A stretch of 64,000 bases of DNA from a virus (IMGVR_UViG_3300047493_000037:94713-158712); one strand, 5' to 3'; shown: positions 33,701 through 43,092, numbered from the stretch's first letter. Notes: a model not told the origin generated them from the sequence alone. Numbers and translations are program-made.

Positions 33701-34045
33701 TTATTCCTTATTATACATCGACAAGGAAATGGGGATGAAATCTCCGTCGATATATGTGCACTTGTCTTTTACAGTGCAAATTTCTTTAGTTTCAGTGACA
33801 TAAGCGTAACCAGGCACCTTGGAGATTACGTCTCTCTTGGCAAACTCTATTGCTAGGTTCTCATCAGGCGCAAGAACAACGGCCCAACCGTGCTTCTTGG
33901 TGTTCTTGTTATGCCAGTGAAATCTTACCTTGAAGACCTTCATTAGATGAAAGTGACCACAAGGCAGTACGCAGCGAAGATGCCAGTGAGATACAGATAC
34001 CAGCGAGGATATATGTGAGGGTTCTTGTATGCTTGAAAACACCAA
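33701..34045 (-). CDS. hypothetical protein
   Basis: 114-aa ORF; real start may be internal (MKVFKV at 33941-33943). Confidence 0.4.
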   Translation of the reverse strand: MVFSSIQEPSHISSLVSVSHWHLRCVLPCGHFHLMKVFKVRFHWHNKNTKKHGWAVVLAPDENLAIEFAKRDVISKVPGYAYVTETKEICTVKDKCTYIDGDFIPISLSMYNKE

Positions 34046-34099
34046 TAACTGTTAACGCCAGCGAGTGCTAAGTCCATAAGCGAAAGAGCCAAATGCATA

Positions 34100-34555
34100 C
34101 TATTCTCCTGCTAGTTCTTGACGCACTTGCATCAGTGCCTTGCCAAGTAGGTTTTGCCCAGTTCCAACTCCACCCTTTTCGCCAGTGCCCCAGACTTTGT
34201 CATAAGGCGAATCTTCGTAGATGAGAGCATCTCCAGTGGATAGAAGGATCTCTTTAAGCTTGGGATTGTTGCCAAACTTGGCCGTGAGAGCATCAAGCAT
34301 GACATCATACTTAACATCGTCCCAGTCAGTGCGAAGCGTGATCACTCTGCCCATCCGCTTGGCATCAAGCGGAGTTGCTGCCTTGCGAATTCCTTCTTGC
34401 TCCTCTTCGTTTAGCGTCTTCTGAGCAGCAAAGTAGTGCTCTGTAGTCGGCCAAGACTTCCCGTCGATCTCAAAAGGACCAGCATAAAAGTTTGAGAAGC
34501 AACCGTATTGCTCCTTGTCATCTTCAGACCAGAAGAAAATCTTTTGTCTTGCCAT
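34100..34555 (-). CDS. NADAR (YbiA/DUF1768) domain protein
   Basis: Near-collinear with E. coli YbiA: FSNFY..PF..DGK.WPT.EHYF.AQK, AKRMGR, KF..NP.L...LL.TG...L.E....D..WG.G..G.G.N.LGK.LM.VR. Confidence 0.85.
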   Translation of the reverse strand: MARQKIFFWSEDDKEQYGCFSNFYAGPFEIDGKSWPTTEHYFAAQKTLNEEEQEGIRKAATPLDAKRMGRVITLRTDWDDVKYDVMLDALTAKFGNNPKLKEILLSTGDALIYEDSPYDKVWGTGEKGGVGTGQNLLGKALMQVRQELAGE

Positions 34556-35553
34556 TACATTCCCATCCCCATGCCCAAGGAACGCTTCTCTTCGAAGTTC
34601 TTCTTGTACTTCTTAGAGTGCTCAACAAGCTCAAGAACAACTTCTTTGTAAGACTTGTCGTGCAGAAGGCTGCGAACGGCGACTTCCTCAAGGTGTGCAA
34701 TGCTGAAGTCTTCAGTACCCTTCATGCCGATGCAGTCCTTCTCTTCTTGCGTGAGTTCACGCTTAGAGATGAAGTGAAGCAACTCGATCTTTTCTGCATG
34801 GGTTGGCGGAGCCAAAGCAAGCATCAGATCGAAGCGACCTGGACGATCAGCAAGAGATTCAAGAAGATTCTCGGGATGATTGGTTGTTGCGACGATGAAC
34901 GTAGGCAAACGGAAGGTGACGCCAACACCGTCAAGCAAATTGAGCAAACCAGAGTCAACAGCTGAGCGACCATGATCTCCGTCACGCTCTCCGCCTCCGA
35001 TATCTTCGATGATGAGGACAAGGCGAGTGCATTCCTTTGTGTACTCGCTCCGCGAGCTCAAGAAGCGACAGACAGAATCTGCTTCGACGTCCGAAGTTGG
35101 CCAGATAATAACTACGGTGCCCGCATCTTCAGCTACCGCGTCCCCGCAGAACTTCTCGATCGCAGACGTCTTACCCATTCCTGGGCGAGAGTAAAGCAGA
35201 ACACCGCGCTTCTTAGGACGACCAAGCTGCTCGTACACGTGAAGCTTGTTGAAGAAGGTACGAGCTTCCTTGATGATTTGCTTAGTGTTATCAACAGTCT
35301 CAAGCAGGCCGCGCTTCTTGAGCTCAACCTTGGTAGTGACCAAGCCTGAAGAGGTCTCAGTGAAGGTGTAGATGCCTGGCTTGATCTCGTACTTCTTATC
35401 TTCCTCGGAGCGCTCGTACTTCATCTGAACGATAGTTTCTTCGTTCTGGAAGCAGAGATCACTCTCTGGGAGCTCCAAGATCTGGTTCTCGACAAGATCT
35501 TTGAACTTAGTGATCTTCTTAATTCTAAACTTGCCTTCAGCAGTTTCTGCCAT
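34555..35553 (-). CDS. AAA+ ATPase (classic AAA clade)
   Basis: Walker A SRPGMGKTS, Walker B LVLIIEDIG, second region of homology FDLMLALAPP; 332 aa. Confidence 0.8.
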   Translation of the reverse strand: MAETAEGKFRIKKITKFKDLVENQILELPESDLCFQNEETIVQMKYERSEEDKKYEIKPGIYTFTETSSGLVTTKVELKKRGLLETVDNTKQIIKEARTFFNKLHVYEQLGRPKKRGVLLYSRPGMGKTSAIEKFCGDAVAEDAGTVVIIWPTSDVEADSVCRFLSSRSEYTKECTRLVLIIEDIGGGERDGDHGRSAVDSGLLNLLDGVGVTFRLPTFIVATTNHPENLLESLADRPGRFDLMLALAPPTHAEKIELLHFISKRELTQEEKDCIGMKGTEDFSIAHLEEVAVRSLLHDKSYKEVVLELVEHSKKYKKNFEEKRSLGMGMGM

Positions 35554-35554
35554 G

Positions 35555-35839
35555 TTATTCCCTTCCTCTTACGAGGACCTTGAGTTTGCTCATCTTGTCG
35601 GTCTTAGAATCGTTCACTAAACTTATCTTCTTAACAATGCTCACCGCTTGATGGCGTTTACCGTCAAAGGAAGAGATCGCTACATTGTCAGCATCAAACA
35701 TGGTAAAGCTATAGTATCTTTTAGAGACCTTTGTAGTAGCTTTAACGTTGTGTACCTCCAACCCCTCACATGGGTCAGATGGAGCCCAAAACCTATCGAA
35801 TGTTGGCCTTCTGCGCCTTTTTCTTCTCTTACCCGCCAC
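35555..35839 (-). CDS. hypothetical protein with Arg-rich N-terminus
   Basis: 94 aa, KRRKRRRRP N-terminus. Confidence 0.45.
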   Translation of the reverse strand: MAGKRRKRRRRPTFDRFWAPSDPCEGLEVHNVKATTKVSKRYYSFTMFDADNVAISSFDGKRHQAVSIVKKISLVNDSKTDKMSKLKVLVRGRE

Positions 35840-36083
35840 TTACAAAACCTCTGCAAATGTCTACAAAAAACTTATCAGAGACTCGGTGTTCCATCTTAGA
35901 GAGACCAATCACCTGAAACGGTATGTTTTTAACACCGACACAGCTAACAGCTGCCTCGCAAGAGAACTCCTCAGAGTAAGAAGATACGTAGAAGTTGCGA
36001 TTATTAATGCGTCGCCTCTTCATAACTTCATGCTCGTCGGTGGAGACTTTTCTAAAAGAAGGACGACCTGGGGTTCTCATCAC
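35829..36083 (-). CDS. hypothetical protein
   Basis: 84 aa; weak similarity to 35555..35839. Confidence 0.4.
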   Translation of the reverse strand: MMRTPGRPSFRKVSTDEHEVMKRRRINNRNFYVSSYSEEFSCEAAVSCVGVKNIPFQVIGLSKMEHRVSDKFFVDICRGFVSGG

Positions 36084-36292
36084 TCTCCAATATACTTAAA
36101 ACGTGGCAACCCACCATCTTCAGAGTCCTCCATGACTCTTGACGTGAAGTCCTTCAATAGACGCGTGTAATAAGTTCCATGCATCTCGTTCATGTAAACG
36201 ACCGTAGGTTGATTCGTTTCAGAATTAACCGCCGTGAATAGAACTCTATAGATGCCACCTTTATAGTGCTTGTATTTTCCTGGTTTTACCAT
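36080..36292 (-). CDS. DUF1653-family protein
   Basis: GKYKHYKGGIYRVLFTAVNSETNQPTVVY matches the DUF1653 signature (KHYKGG.Y...A.HSET.E..VVY). Confidence 0.65.
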   Translation of the reverse strand: MVKPGKYKHYKGGIYRVLFTAVNSETNQPTVVYMNEMHGTYYTRLLKDFTSRVMEDSEDGGLPRFKYIGE

Positions 36293-36400
36293 GGACTCCT
36301 AGTTTTCTTAGAAGAAACTTAACATTTCTTTCTGCTTGAAGTCCATGGACCCAGATATCCAACTCACTTGGCTCTGATTTGAACAAGTTTATTAACCAAT

Positions 36401-37867
36401 TCATCTCAAATTGCTGAGTAAGCGCTTACGAATATCGCCAAGACTGTCATCGCGAAGCAGCTTACCGTTTAGATAAACAGGCTGCAACAACCCACCCTTT
36501 TCTTCGGCAGGAGTAACTTGCTGACTCAGAGTGAGATCCTCGTTGACTCGCAGCAAACCCTTTGCAGACTTCTTGACGCCAGAGTCTGTTTTAGGAGCCT
36601 TGAACATGTCGACTGGAGTACCGTTGATAACACCGTACGTTGCTTTAAGAGCCATGCCAAACGTGTCACGGGTGTTATACTGATACGTATACGAGCCGAT
36701 GCCCAAAACAACGTTGGTAGAAGCAAAGCCTTTAGCCTTGAGACCAGCAATGATTTGTTCAGCGCGTTCCAGGGTGATAGAGTCTCCATAGATCAAGCCA
36801 ACGTGCGGATCAAGGCGTTTGTATCCAGTAGACGTAGTCGTTCCACCGAAGATGTCCCAGAGCGTCTCGATGCTACCCTTATACTGAGGTGAACCAGCAG
36901 GTGCGTCAGGATCGCCGCAGATGATCTTTACAGGATCACCGGAGTCAGGACGGAAGACCAGCTTACCTGGGCGAGCCATAATAACTGGCTTCAACTCGGT
37001 TGCCTTATTAGTGATAGTGTCCCAGTAGTCCCACGTGTCAGAGACAACAGAGAGCACTGCAGAGAGCGGATAAACGTCCTTGAGAAGGCGTAGGAAGGTT
37101 TCCACTTCAGTTTCTTGACCACCCATGCACATGACGGAGTGCTCTGTGGCAGGCACGGAGCCACCGATGAGTTCCTTCTCACAGTCGGCATTGTAATAAT
37201 CTTCAAGATAGTCGATCGAAGGGATCGTATCAGTGCCAGTGAAGCTCAAGAGGTGAGCAGCACCAGAGCGAGCCGCGCTCTCAGGCCCATCCATGCCGCG
37301 GAAGGAGAAGTCGTGACCTTGCCACTGGACGAATCCTTCAACCAGCTCAGGATCAGTTTCTTTGGCTGCTGCCGTGAGAACCTTACGATACTCAAACGCG
37401 ATCGTAGCGTTAGTGGATTGCTTCCAAGTGTAAGAAGACAAGACAGTCTCAAGGAAGTTAGGAACCCAGAAGAAGTCTGGGAGAGTGTTGGTGATCGTGA
37501 ACACAGGAACGCCGATCGGAACCAAAGTGCCCTCTGGAAGCGCTTTCACTTCGATGGGAAGGTAACCAAGGTCGTGAAGAGCCGCGATGTGATCGTAGGT
37601 GACCGCACCTGGTCCGAGATAGTTGTCGATGCGGCGCTTGTAGCGGAGAAGAACCTTATCCCTTGGTTGGCTGAAGAAGCTGTCTTGCCAAACTTGATGA
37701 AGCTCTTTCAAGCCGCCTTGCAAACCAAACAACACAGTTGATGTATAGCGTGAATCGCGAGCGCTGCGAAAGGTTGCATTAGTGTAAACCTTCTGCGAAC
37801 CCTTTGGGTATTGACTGCGATGATCGACCTTGTATCCATCTTTCAAATTAACTGCATTCAACTTCAT
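36401..37867 (-). CDS. nicotinamide phosphoribosyltransferase (NAMPT/NadV) family protein
   Basis: 488 aa; N-terminal DGYKVDHRSQYP (cf. TDSYKVTHYKQY) and overall NAMPT-like length and organisation; ATGA overlap with upstream PRS-family gene. Confidence 0.8.
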   Translation of the reverse strand: MKLNAVNLKDGYKVDHRSQYPKGSQKVYTNATFRSARDSRYTSTVLFGLQGGLKELHQVWQDSFFSQPRDKVLLRYKRRIDNYLGPGAVTYDHIAALHDLGYLPIEVKALPEGTLVPIGVPVFTITNTLPDFFWVPNFLETVLSSYTWKQSTNATIAFEYRKVLTAAAKETDPELVEGFVQWQGHDFSFRGMDGPESAARSGAAHLLSFTGTDTIPSIDYLEDYYNADCEKELIGGSVPATEHSVMCMGGQETEVETFLRLLKDVYPLSAVLSVVSDTWDYWDTITNKATELKPVIMARPGKLVFRPDSGDPVKIICGDPDAPAGSPQYKGSIETLWDIFGGTTTSTGYKRLDPHVGLIYGDSITLERAEQIIAGLKAKGFASTNVVLGIGSYTYQYNTRDTFGMALKATYGVINGTPVDMFKAPKTDSGVKKSAKGLLRVNEDLTLSQQVTPAEEKGGLLQPVYLNGKLLRDDSLGDIRKRLLSNLR

Positions 37868-38655
37868 ACCTTGTATCCATCCTTATTTCTAGTTAAACTA
37901 TTAGTAGTATACACAGTGTCAATTCCGTTAGCCAATAGAAGCTCTTGACCTTTACTGAACAGTCCGTGGGTCACACAGAGATCAACCTTAATATTGTGGT
38001 CTTGGCTTCTCAAGAGCTTTGCCACGCTTAGGAACGTAGCTCCTCCGTCACATAAGTCATCAACGATGAGAAACCTTTTACCAGGTTTTCCTTCATCCTT
38101 AAAGACAACCTTGTGCCCAGTGATCTCACCGGTGAGTTGGTTTCGAGTCTTATCGCAGACGATGTGAGAGTATTGATTGAGGTCTTCGTTGTAGCGATCT
38201 TGCGCTCCAACATCCGGGAAGACGATGTAATCAGGCTCAGAAGCCTTGATAACATATTCCTGGAACTCAGTAGGATAGATATTGACAAAGTTCTTGATAA
38301 GACTTCCAGCCTTAAGAGGGTTATGAACGTCGTTGGAAGAAACCTTATAGAAGTTCATCGAGTTAATAAGGTCCGCTATGACTTCAAAATTAAACGTTGA
38401 GGAGTTAGAGACCTCCTTGTCTTGACGAGCGTAAGGCATGTACGGGACATGCAAGCTCACCGCAGCAAGCGGTCCAAGGAGTTTCCTTAGCGAGAGTAGG
38501 TCAAGCACTTCACGCTCGCTCTCAAACCGCCAGTCAATGTCGACACTGCTACTTAGTAGGATGTCCTCTGGAAGCTTCCACACCTGAGAAGTACCATCGG
38601 GAAAGATGGTAGGCTTAAGGACGTAAGAACTATTTGCGGTTGCAACTGTGATCAT
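37864..38655 (-). CDS. ribose-phosphate pyrophosphokinase (PRS) family protein
   Basis: PYMPYARQDK (cf. Prs PYFGYARQDR) and type-I PRT motif FLIVDDLCDGGATF; 263 aa. Confidence 0.75.
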   Translation of the reverse strand: MITVATANSSYVLKPTIFPDGTSQVWKLPEDILLSSSVDIDWRFESEREVLDLLSLRKLLGPLAAVSLHVPYMPYARQDKEVSNSSTFNFEVIADLINSMNFYKVSSNDVHNPLKAGSLIKNFVNIYPTEFQEYVIKASEPDYIVFPDVGAQDRYNEDLNQYSHIVCDKTRNQLTGEITGHKVVFKDEGKPGKRFLIVDDLCDGGATFLSVAKLLRSQDHNIKVDLCVTHGLFSKGQELLLANGIDTVYTTNSLTRNKDGYKV

Positions 38656-38815
38656 CTTTTTCCTCTTCTACTTGAACGCGGTTTAAATCTTTGTTGCACG
38701 TAGGGTCATCGTTTCGGAATGAGCCATCATCGCGGTAGCAATGAGAGCCCAAGCGAAGATTGACAGTGGTGCAACTAGCTAGTGACAGGAGTAACAGGAT
38801 CGGCAGGAGTTTCAT
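38630..38815 (-). CDS. small putative lipoprotein
   Basis: MKLLPILLLLSLASC signal + lipobox-like Cys; 61 aa. Confidence 0.4.
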   Translation of the reverse strand: MKLLPILLLLSLASCTTVNLRLGSHCYRDDGSFRNDDPTCNKDLNRVQVEEEKDDHSCNRK

Positions 38816-39248
38816 CTTTGACTTCCTCTAATACAGAGACACGATACGTAATCTTATGTGGTACGGTTTCGACGATTTCTAAGTGGGCAACTCTACCCGT
38901 CCAGGCAACAGTAGGATCTTGCGGGTCGTCAACGATCTTTTCTATGCTGTTAGGATCAAGGTTGAAAAGAAACGCCTTGTAAGCTTCAACAGAGGTAGTG
39001 ACGTATGGTTCGCTAACAGTGATAGGTTTTGGTATATTGTATAGCAAAAAAACCTTGTCAACAAACTGATCTACTGAGCCATAAAATTTAGTGTGGACTT
39101 CTCTACCATCATCAAAGATGACTAATGCTGTAGTGATGCCTACCTCAAACTCTTTATCTATGTACACGATATTAGCTGCAGTGGTAGCTTTCATTACCAC
39201 TCTCTCTTGAGTAGACTTGTTAGACCAGAATCCACTAAAGAAGCTCAT
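38775..39248 (-). CDS. hypothetical protein
   Basis: 157-aa ORF. Confidence 0.55.
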   Translation of the reverse strand: MSFFSGFWSNKSTQERVVMKATTAANIVYIDKEFEVGITTALVIFDDGREVHTKFYGSVDQFVDKVFLLYNIPKPITVSEPYVTTSVEAYKAFLFNLDPNSIEKIVDDPQDPTVAWTGRVAHLEIVETVPHKITYRVSVLEEVKDETPADPVTPVTS

Positions 39249-39703
39249 TTAATGTAGACCCTCACTTCAACCGGACCAGATTCTTCTTCAATAATCTGAG
39301 CAATGATATCCCAGTTACCACCAGCGAGTCCAGCTCCTATTTTAGGCATAGCAAAGCCGTTGGGCCAAGATTTAACTAAGTTTTTAATAACAGCCCTAAT
39401 AGCTGGATAAGAAACATAAGGGCCTTCGTCGGGCTTTCCATATCTCTGTTGGGTAGCGCAATTTGCAATGATGATCCCAGAGCCGTCTCCCACACCAACC
39501 AACTGTGTTTCCCCGAGTTTCCAACCTCGCGTGTTATACCTATGTAGATAAGCTTCCCGTGCCGCGGGAAAATTTCCCGCCACGCTCTTAGCAAATCCGG
39601 ATCCAAATCCGCCGCTACAATTACATCCGTGGGCAATAAGCTTTTCATCTGTTAAGAAGATGTCTCCCTGCTTATAAACGATCACAAATCTAAGTCTTCC
39701 CAC
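39245..39703 (-). CDS. macro domain (ADP-ribose binding/processing) protein
   Basis: GDIFLTDEKLIAHGCNCSGGFGSGFAKSVAG and IGAGLAGGNWDII match macro-domain Gly-rich motifs; 152 aa. Confidence 0.65.
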   Translation of the reverse strand: MGRLRFVIVYKQGDIFLTDEKLIAHGCNCSGGFGSGFAKSVAGNFPAAREAYLHRYNTRGWKLGETQLVGVGDGSGIIIANCATQQRYGKPDEGPYVSYPAIRAVIKNLVKSWPNGFAMPKIGAGLAGGNWDIIAQIIEEESGPVEVRVYIK

Positions 39704-40032
39704 TCAATACCAATGTGGGCTTTTTGCACAGAGTTAATATATAAGCCATGAGACTTGCGATAACGTGTGCGCACCTTATTAATAAACTGATTTAAGCCCT
39801 TCTCAGTGAAGAAGTCATAATCTAAGTCGCGCTCACCAAAGCCGCTGCCAGAACTAGTTTCTTCGCCTGAATTTCGCTTAGCGAGCTCATCTAGTTTCAT
39901 ATCTAAGCCACTGTCGAAACCGTCATAAGACAAATAGAGCTTGAACGGCGCATGCTTATCGCCATCTCTGTCTACAAAGTATTTCTTCTTAAACTTAAGA
40001 TGATTCTTGGTCTTCTTTGTTTTCTTCTTCAT
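39682..40032 (-). CDS. hypothetical protein
   Basis: 116-aa ORF. Confidence 0.5.
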   Translation of the reverse strand: MKKKTKKTKNHLKFKKKYFVDRDGDKHAPFKLYLSYDGFDSGLDMKLDELAKRNSGEETSSGSGFGERDLDYDFFTEKGLNQFINKVRTRYRKSHGLYINSVQKAHIGIEWEDLDL

Positions 40033-40292
40033 TCTAGCTCCTCACATGTTGCATCAGTGTGATCGCTTGCCCACCAGCGATAATCCTTAAGAAACTCTTT
40101 GTCTGCTTTAGACTTCGGGTAATAAGGCATAGCCCAACCAACAGAGAACCGTCCCTGCCATTGTTGTGCTACATCTGCTACAAGTTTAGCGTGAGCTTCG
40201 CTAAAAGCTTTTACCTTGAAGACTTCATCGTCATCGCGGTTGGTAGCATTGTTCATGTAAACAAAGTATGTCTTAAGTTTTGCCTTCTTCAT
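40029..40292 (-). CDS. hypothetical protein
   Basis: 87-aa ORF. Confidence 0.5.
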   Translation of the reverse strand: MKKAKLKTYFVYMNNATNRDDDEVFKVKAFSEAHAKLVADVAQQWQGRFSVGWAMPYYPKSKADKEFLKDYRWWASDHTDATCEELE

Positions 40293-40590
40293 GATTACCC
40301 CTTAATACACCGATTGAATTTTCATTAACCTTGTGTGGCATACCATCTTTTTCGCGATTTGGTTCGCCAAACCAATACGTATCCTGACCAGCGCCGCTGC
40401 CAAACATCCGCTTAAAGAGCTTATACTCTGGCAATTCGATCAAGCCCTCGTGGCCTTCGACGCCTGCTGCCAATTGTATATAGCGGCAGCAACCAGACGC
40501 ATGATATGTTTTCCGCTTAGAAGTCCAAGTGAGTTCTCTCTCTAAGAACTTAATAGCTTTCTTATAGATGCCAACTCTAAGTTTGTTCAT
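40273..40590 (-). CDS. hypothetical protein
   Basis: 105-aa ORF. Confidence 0.5.
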   Translation of the reverse strand: MNKLRVGIYKKAIKFLERELTWTSKRKTYHASGCCRYIQLAAGVEGHEGLIELPEYKLFKRMFGSGAGQDTYWFGEPNREKDGMPHKVNENSIGVLRGNHEEGKT

Positions 40591-41000
40591 GCTTCACCTA
40601 ACAAAACTTTGAGCCACTTCTCTTTGTCCTTGACCTTGTCGTCCTTGAGGTTCTCAACGGCTTCAAGCTTATTAAGAACAGTTTGCGTGCGAGCGTAGTC
40701 TTCCTTAGACTTAAGCATCACATAGCAGAAGCTTTGGCTTTTGCCTTCATAACCAGTATAAGCGAGACCACTCAAGCCAACATGGGCAGTTTCTCTGTCT
40801 TCGTCAGTGAGATCAAGAATCTTTTCGACAGGGTCCAAGGTGTGCCCATAAGTTCCAACCTTGAACATGTACTCAGCATACTTCACCTTGGAAGCTGCGC
40901 GCTTATCAGTCTCATCAAGAGCTTTGAGCTCGGCGGCGAGGGCGGAATACTTCTTTTGAGTTTCGTTCATCTCAGTGCGGATTTCGACTCTGCGACTCAT
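40587..41000 (-). CDS. hypothetical protein
   Basis: 137-aa ORF. Confidence 0.55.
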   Translation of the reverse strand: MSRRVEIRTEMNETQKKYSALAAELKALDETDKRAASKVKYAEYMFKVGTYGHTLDPVEKILDLTDEDRETAHVGLSGLAYTGYEGKSQSFCYVMLKSKEDYARTQTVLNKLEAVENLKDDKVKDKEKWLKVLLGEA

Positions 41001-41281
41001 TTTTTAACCCTCTCTTTGCGAAGTCTATTCTTTTGGACTTTAAGTTTAGAAACATATAGTCCTCTAGTTTGTCCGAGGTGTTTGATAGCAGCCTCAATAG
41101 TTCCATGTGCCTTCTGATATTTAACTAATGACCTTATCTCTTCAGAGACATATTCAATCTCATTTTTAATGAAGTCTGTAGAGTTGGCTTTTTCAGCAAC
41201 GTCGTGAGCTACTCGAGCATTAAAGGCCAGTTCTTCTTCTGGAGTCATTACTCTACTCATACTTCGTATCTTCCGTTTCAC
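40997..41281 (-). CDS. hypothetical protein
   Basis: 94-aa ORF. Confidence 0.5.
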   Translation of the reverse strand: MKRKIRSMSRVMTPEEELAFNARVAHDVAEKANSTDFIKNEIEYVSEEIRSLVKYQKAHGTIEAAIKHLGQTRGLYVSKLKVQKNRLRKERVKK

Positions 41282-41633
41282 TCACAATGAGCTCAGAGGC
41301 CGCTTCAGGAGTCTCGCCAAGCAAGATGTAGTCAATCTGCCTATCATCGTGCCAGTCCTTAAACTCTTTCTGAATACTCCCTTGGATGTAGGTGAGCTTA
41401 CCCATCTTAGAGGTCATATACAGGTTCACTGTCTTTGGGCACTTGCAAGTCTTGTGGGTGGGAATGCCGCTGCTGTTCACGCACTCTTTGTCTAGGATCG
41501 CTCTAATCTTGCCGAAAGAGGACTCAGAAGCGGACGTGGCTCGAACCCATTCCGGACTCCACCAATATGGGACTCCACGCTTGCTCACGTGGTCAGGTTC
41601 GCGGAGTGGACGATCAATCTTTTGTTTTGCCAC
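41253..41633 (-). CDS. hypothetical Cys-containing protein
   Basis: ORF 41253..41711 trimmed to GTG at 41631-41633 so as not to overlap the lipoprotein gene. Confidence 0.4.
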   Translation of the reverse strand: MAKQKIDRPLREPDHVSKRGVPYWWSPEWVRATSASESSFGKIRAILDKECVNSSGIPTHKTCKCPKTVNLYMTSKMGKLTYIQGSIQKEFKDWHDDRQIDYILLGETPEAASELIVSETEDTKYE

Positions 41634-41634
41634 G

Positions 41635-41847
41635 TTATTTACTCTTATATTGCAAGCAATAATCACCAGAGATATTCTCGGGTTGATTAATGTGATAACA
41701 AAGTTTATCACCGTTAGCTGCCGCCTTGATTGCCAAGGTGTGAAGTCCTTCTATATCTAGACTGGAAAATGGTTTCACTAATGCGGTTGGCTTTTTACTG
41801 CATCCAACTAACAAAAGAACCAACAACGCAAATGTCAATTTCTTCAT
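41635..41847 (-). CDS. lipoprotein
   Basis: MKKLTFALLVLLLVGCS signal peptide + lipobox; 70 aa. Confidence 0.55.
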   Translation of the reverse strand: MKKLTFALLVLLLVGCSKKPTALVKPFSSLDIEGLHTLAIKAAANGDKLCYHINQPENISGDYCLQYKSK

Positions 41848-42555
41848 ATGTAAATATATGATCAGAATTATAGGAGTTTACCGAGCAGATGGAATAAGCT
41901 GTAGTAGGTCTGGTGGTTTCCTACGAATATGCCACCGCAACGTTTTATGATGATGTCATCTGCTCTATCAAGAATTGCATTTTTGGTATTAAACAACACG
42001 CGTGTTTATATAATCAGAATAAGCGGCCACGAAGCAGTGTCAAGGTATTAATCTTGTAACCCTAAGTTTGGATAACAATAAGACCACATAGTACGTAGAA
42101 ACTTCTTTATTATAGGTATCTAACTCATCGAACAATAAAGCAAACGATTTTATGACACGATCTGGCTTACGATAGCTCTTCATGAGCACATCTCGCAACC
42201 GATGTCGCAGAAGCCGCACTCTGCACAGCCATAGCCGACCGGCCACTCATACATATAAAGACAAGGATCAACACTGAGACGCCTGAGGAGAAGTATCAGT
42301 CTAGTTTTCGCTTGGTGATCTGTTTGAAAGCGCATCACAGACGATCCGCATTAATGAAGATAACGCGGCCACGCTGTCTCCTACTGATTATAGTGAGATG
42401 CATCATTAGACGGGTAAGATCCGATATTGAGATATAGTGCCGATGCGTAAAACGCATAGAGAATTTGGTTGCAAGGCCAGTAGTCGAAACTGGTACACCT
42501 TCATGCTTATGAGGCATGCGAGCCGCCGTTGCTCGATCCTTGCGATCTAAATTAT

Positions 42556-42600
42556 ACCATTAAAAACAATTAACTTAAAATTATCGGTGCCAAGGACAAC
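42556..42600 (-). promoter_or_regulatory. extended -10 promoter (TGGTATAAT) firing leftward into the ORF-poor region
   Basis: Minus-strand ttaaTGGTATAATttag (plus attatacca at 42555-42563). Confidence 0.4.
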
Positions 42601-42723
42601 CTTGGTTTAGAGGAATTCGACTCCGCATGCTGCCTCAAATTAGCAGCCACCGTGCGCGCAACTTATTTCTTGCTTGCGAGAAGCAGTACAATGACAATTA
42701 ATAGAAATATAACCATGTGTATA

Positions 42724-43092
42724 TTATACAAACGTTTTCACATACGCTTTCAAATCATCTGGCAAGATGCTCTCATCAATAAGGCTCAATGCTTTCGGTG
42801 CCTTAGATGTAGACACAGCCGGTCCAACTCCGTAAATTTGATCGCCGTTAAGTTCCTTAGCCTTCTTAAGGTGATTCATCACCATAGAACGAGCATAAGC
42901 AAACACTTCTCCGCTGTTAGTGCGGTCTTTGCTGTACTCTATAGTCCCGGTGTAGATACCTAGGCCGATTTCGTGCTTAAGACTTTCTAGCTGTACGTTT
43001 GTCAGCATCACTAGTGCTATCTCTTTGTTTAGCTTCAATGACGGTAACATTCTCTGTACTGCTTCGATCACTGCTTGCTTCTGGCCTATCAT
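42724..43092 (-). CDS. hypothetical protein
   Basis: 122-aa ORF with AAGGTAGGA SD; 5' end overlaps next ORF. Confidence 0.45.
   Translation of the reverse strand: MIGQKQAVIEAVQRMLPSLKLNKEIALVMLTNVQLESLKHEIGLGIYTGTIEYSKDRTNSGEVFAYARSMVMNHLKKAKELNGDQIYGVGPAVSTSKAPKALSLIDESILPDDLKAYVKTFV

Noticed and set aside
42040-42246. Arg-rich 68-aa ORF inside the ORF-poor region
   Set aside because: The composition (RLWLCRVRLLRHRLR) is typical of out-of-frame reading of GC-rich DNA; no SD; kept only as part of the non-coding-region finding.
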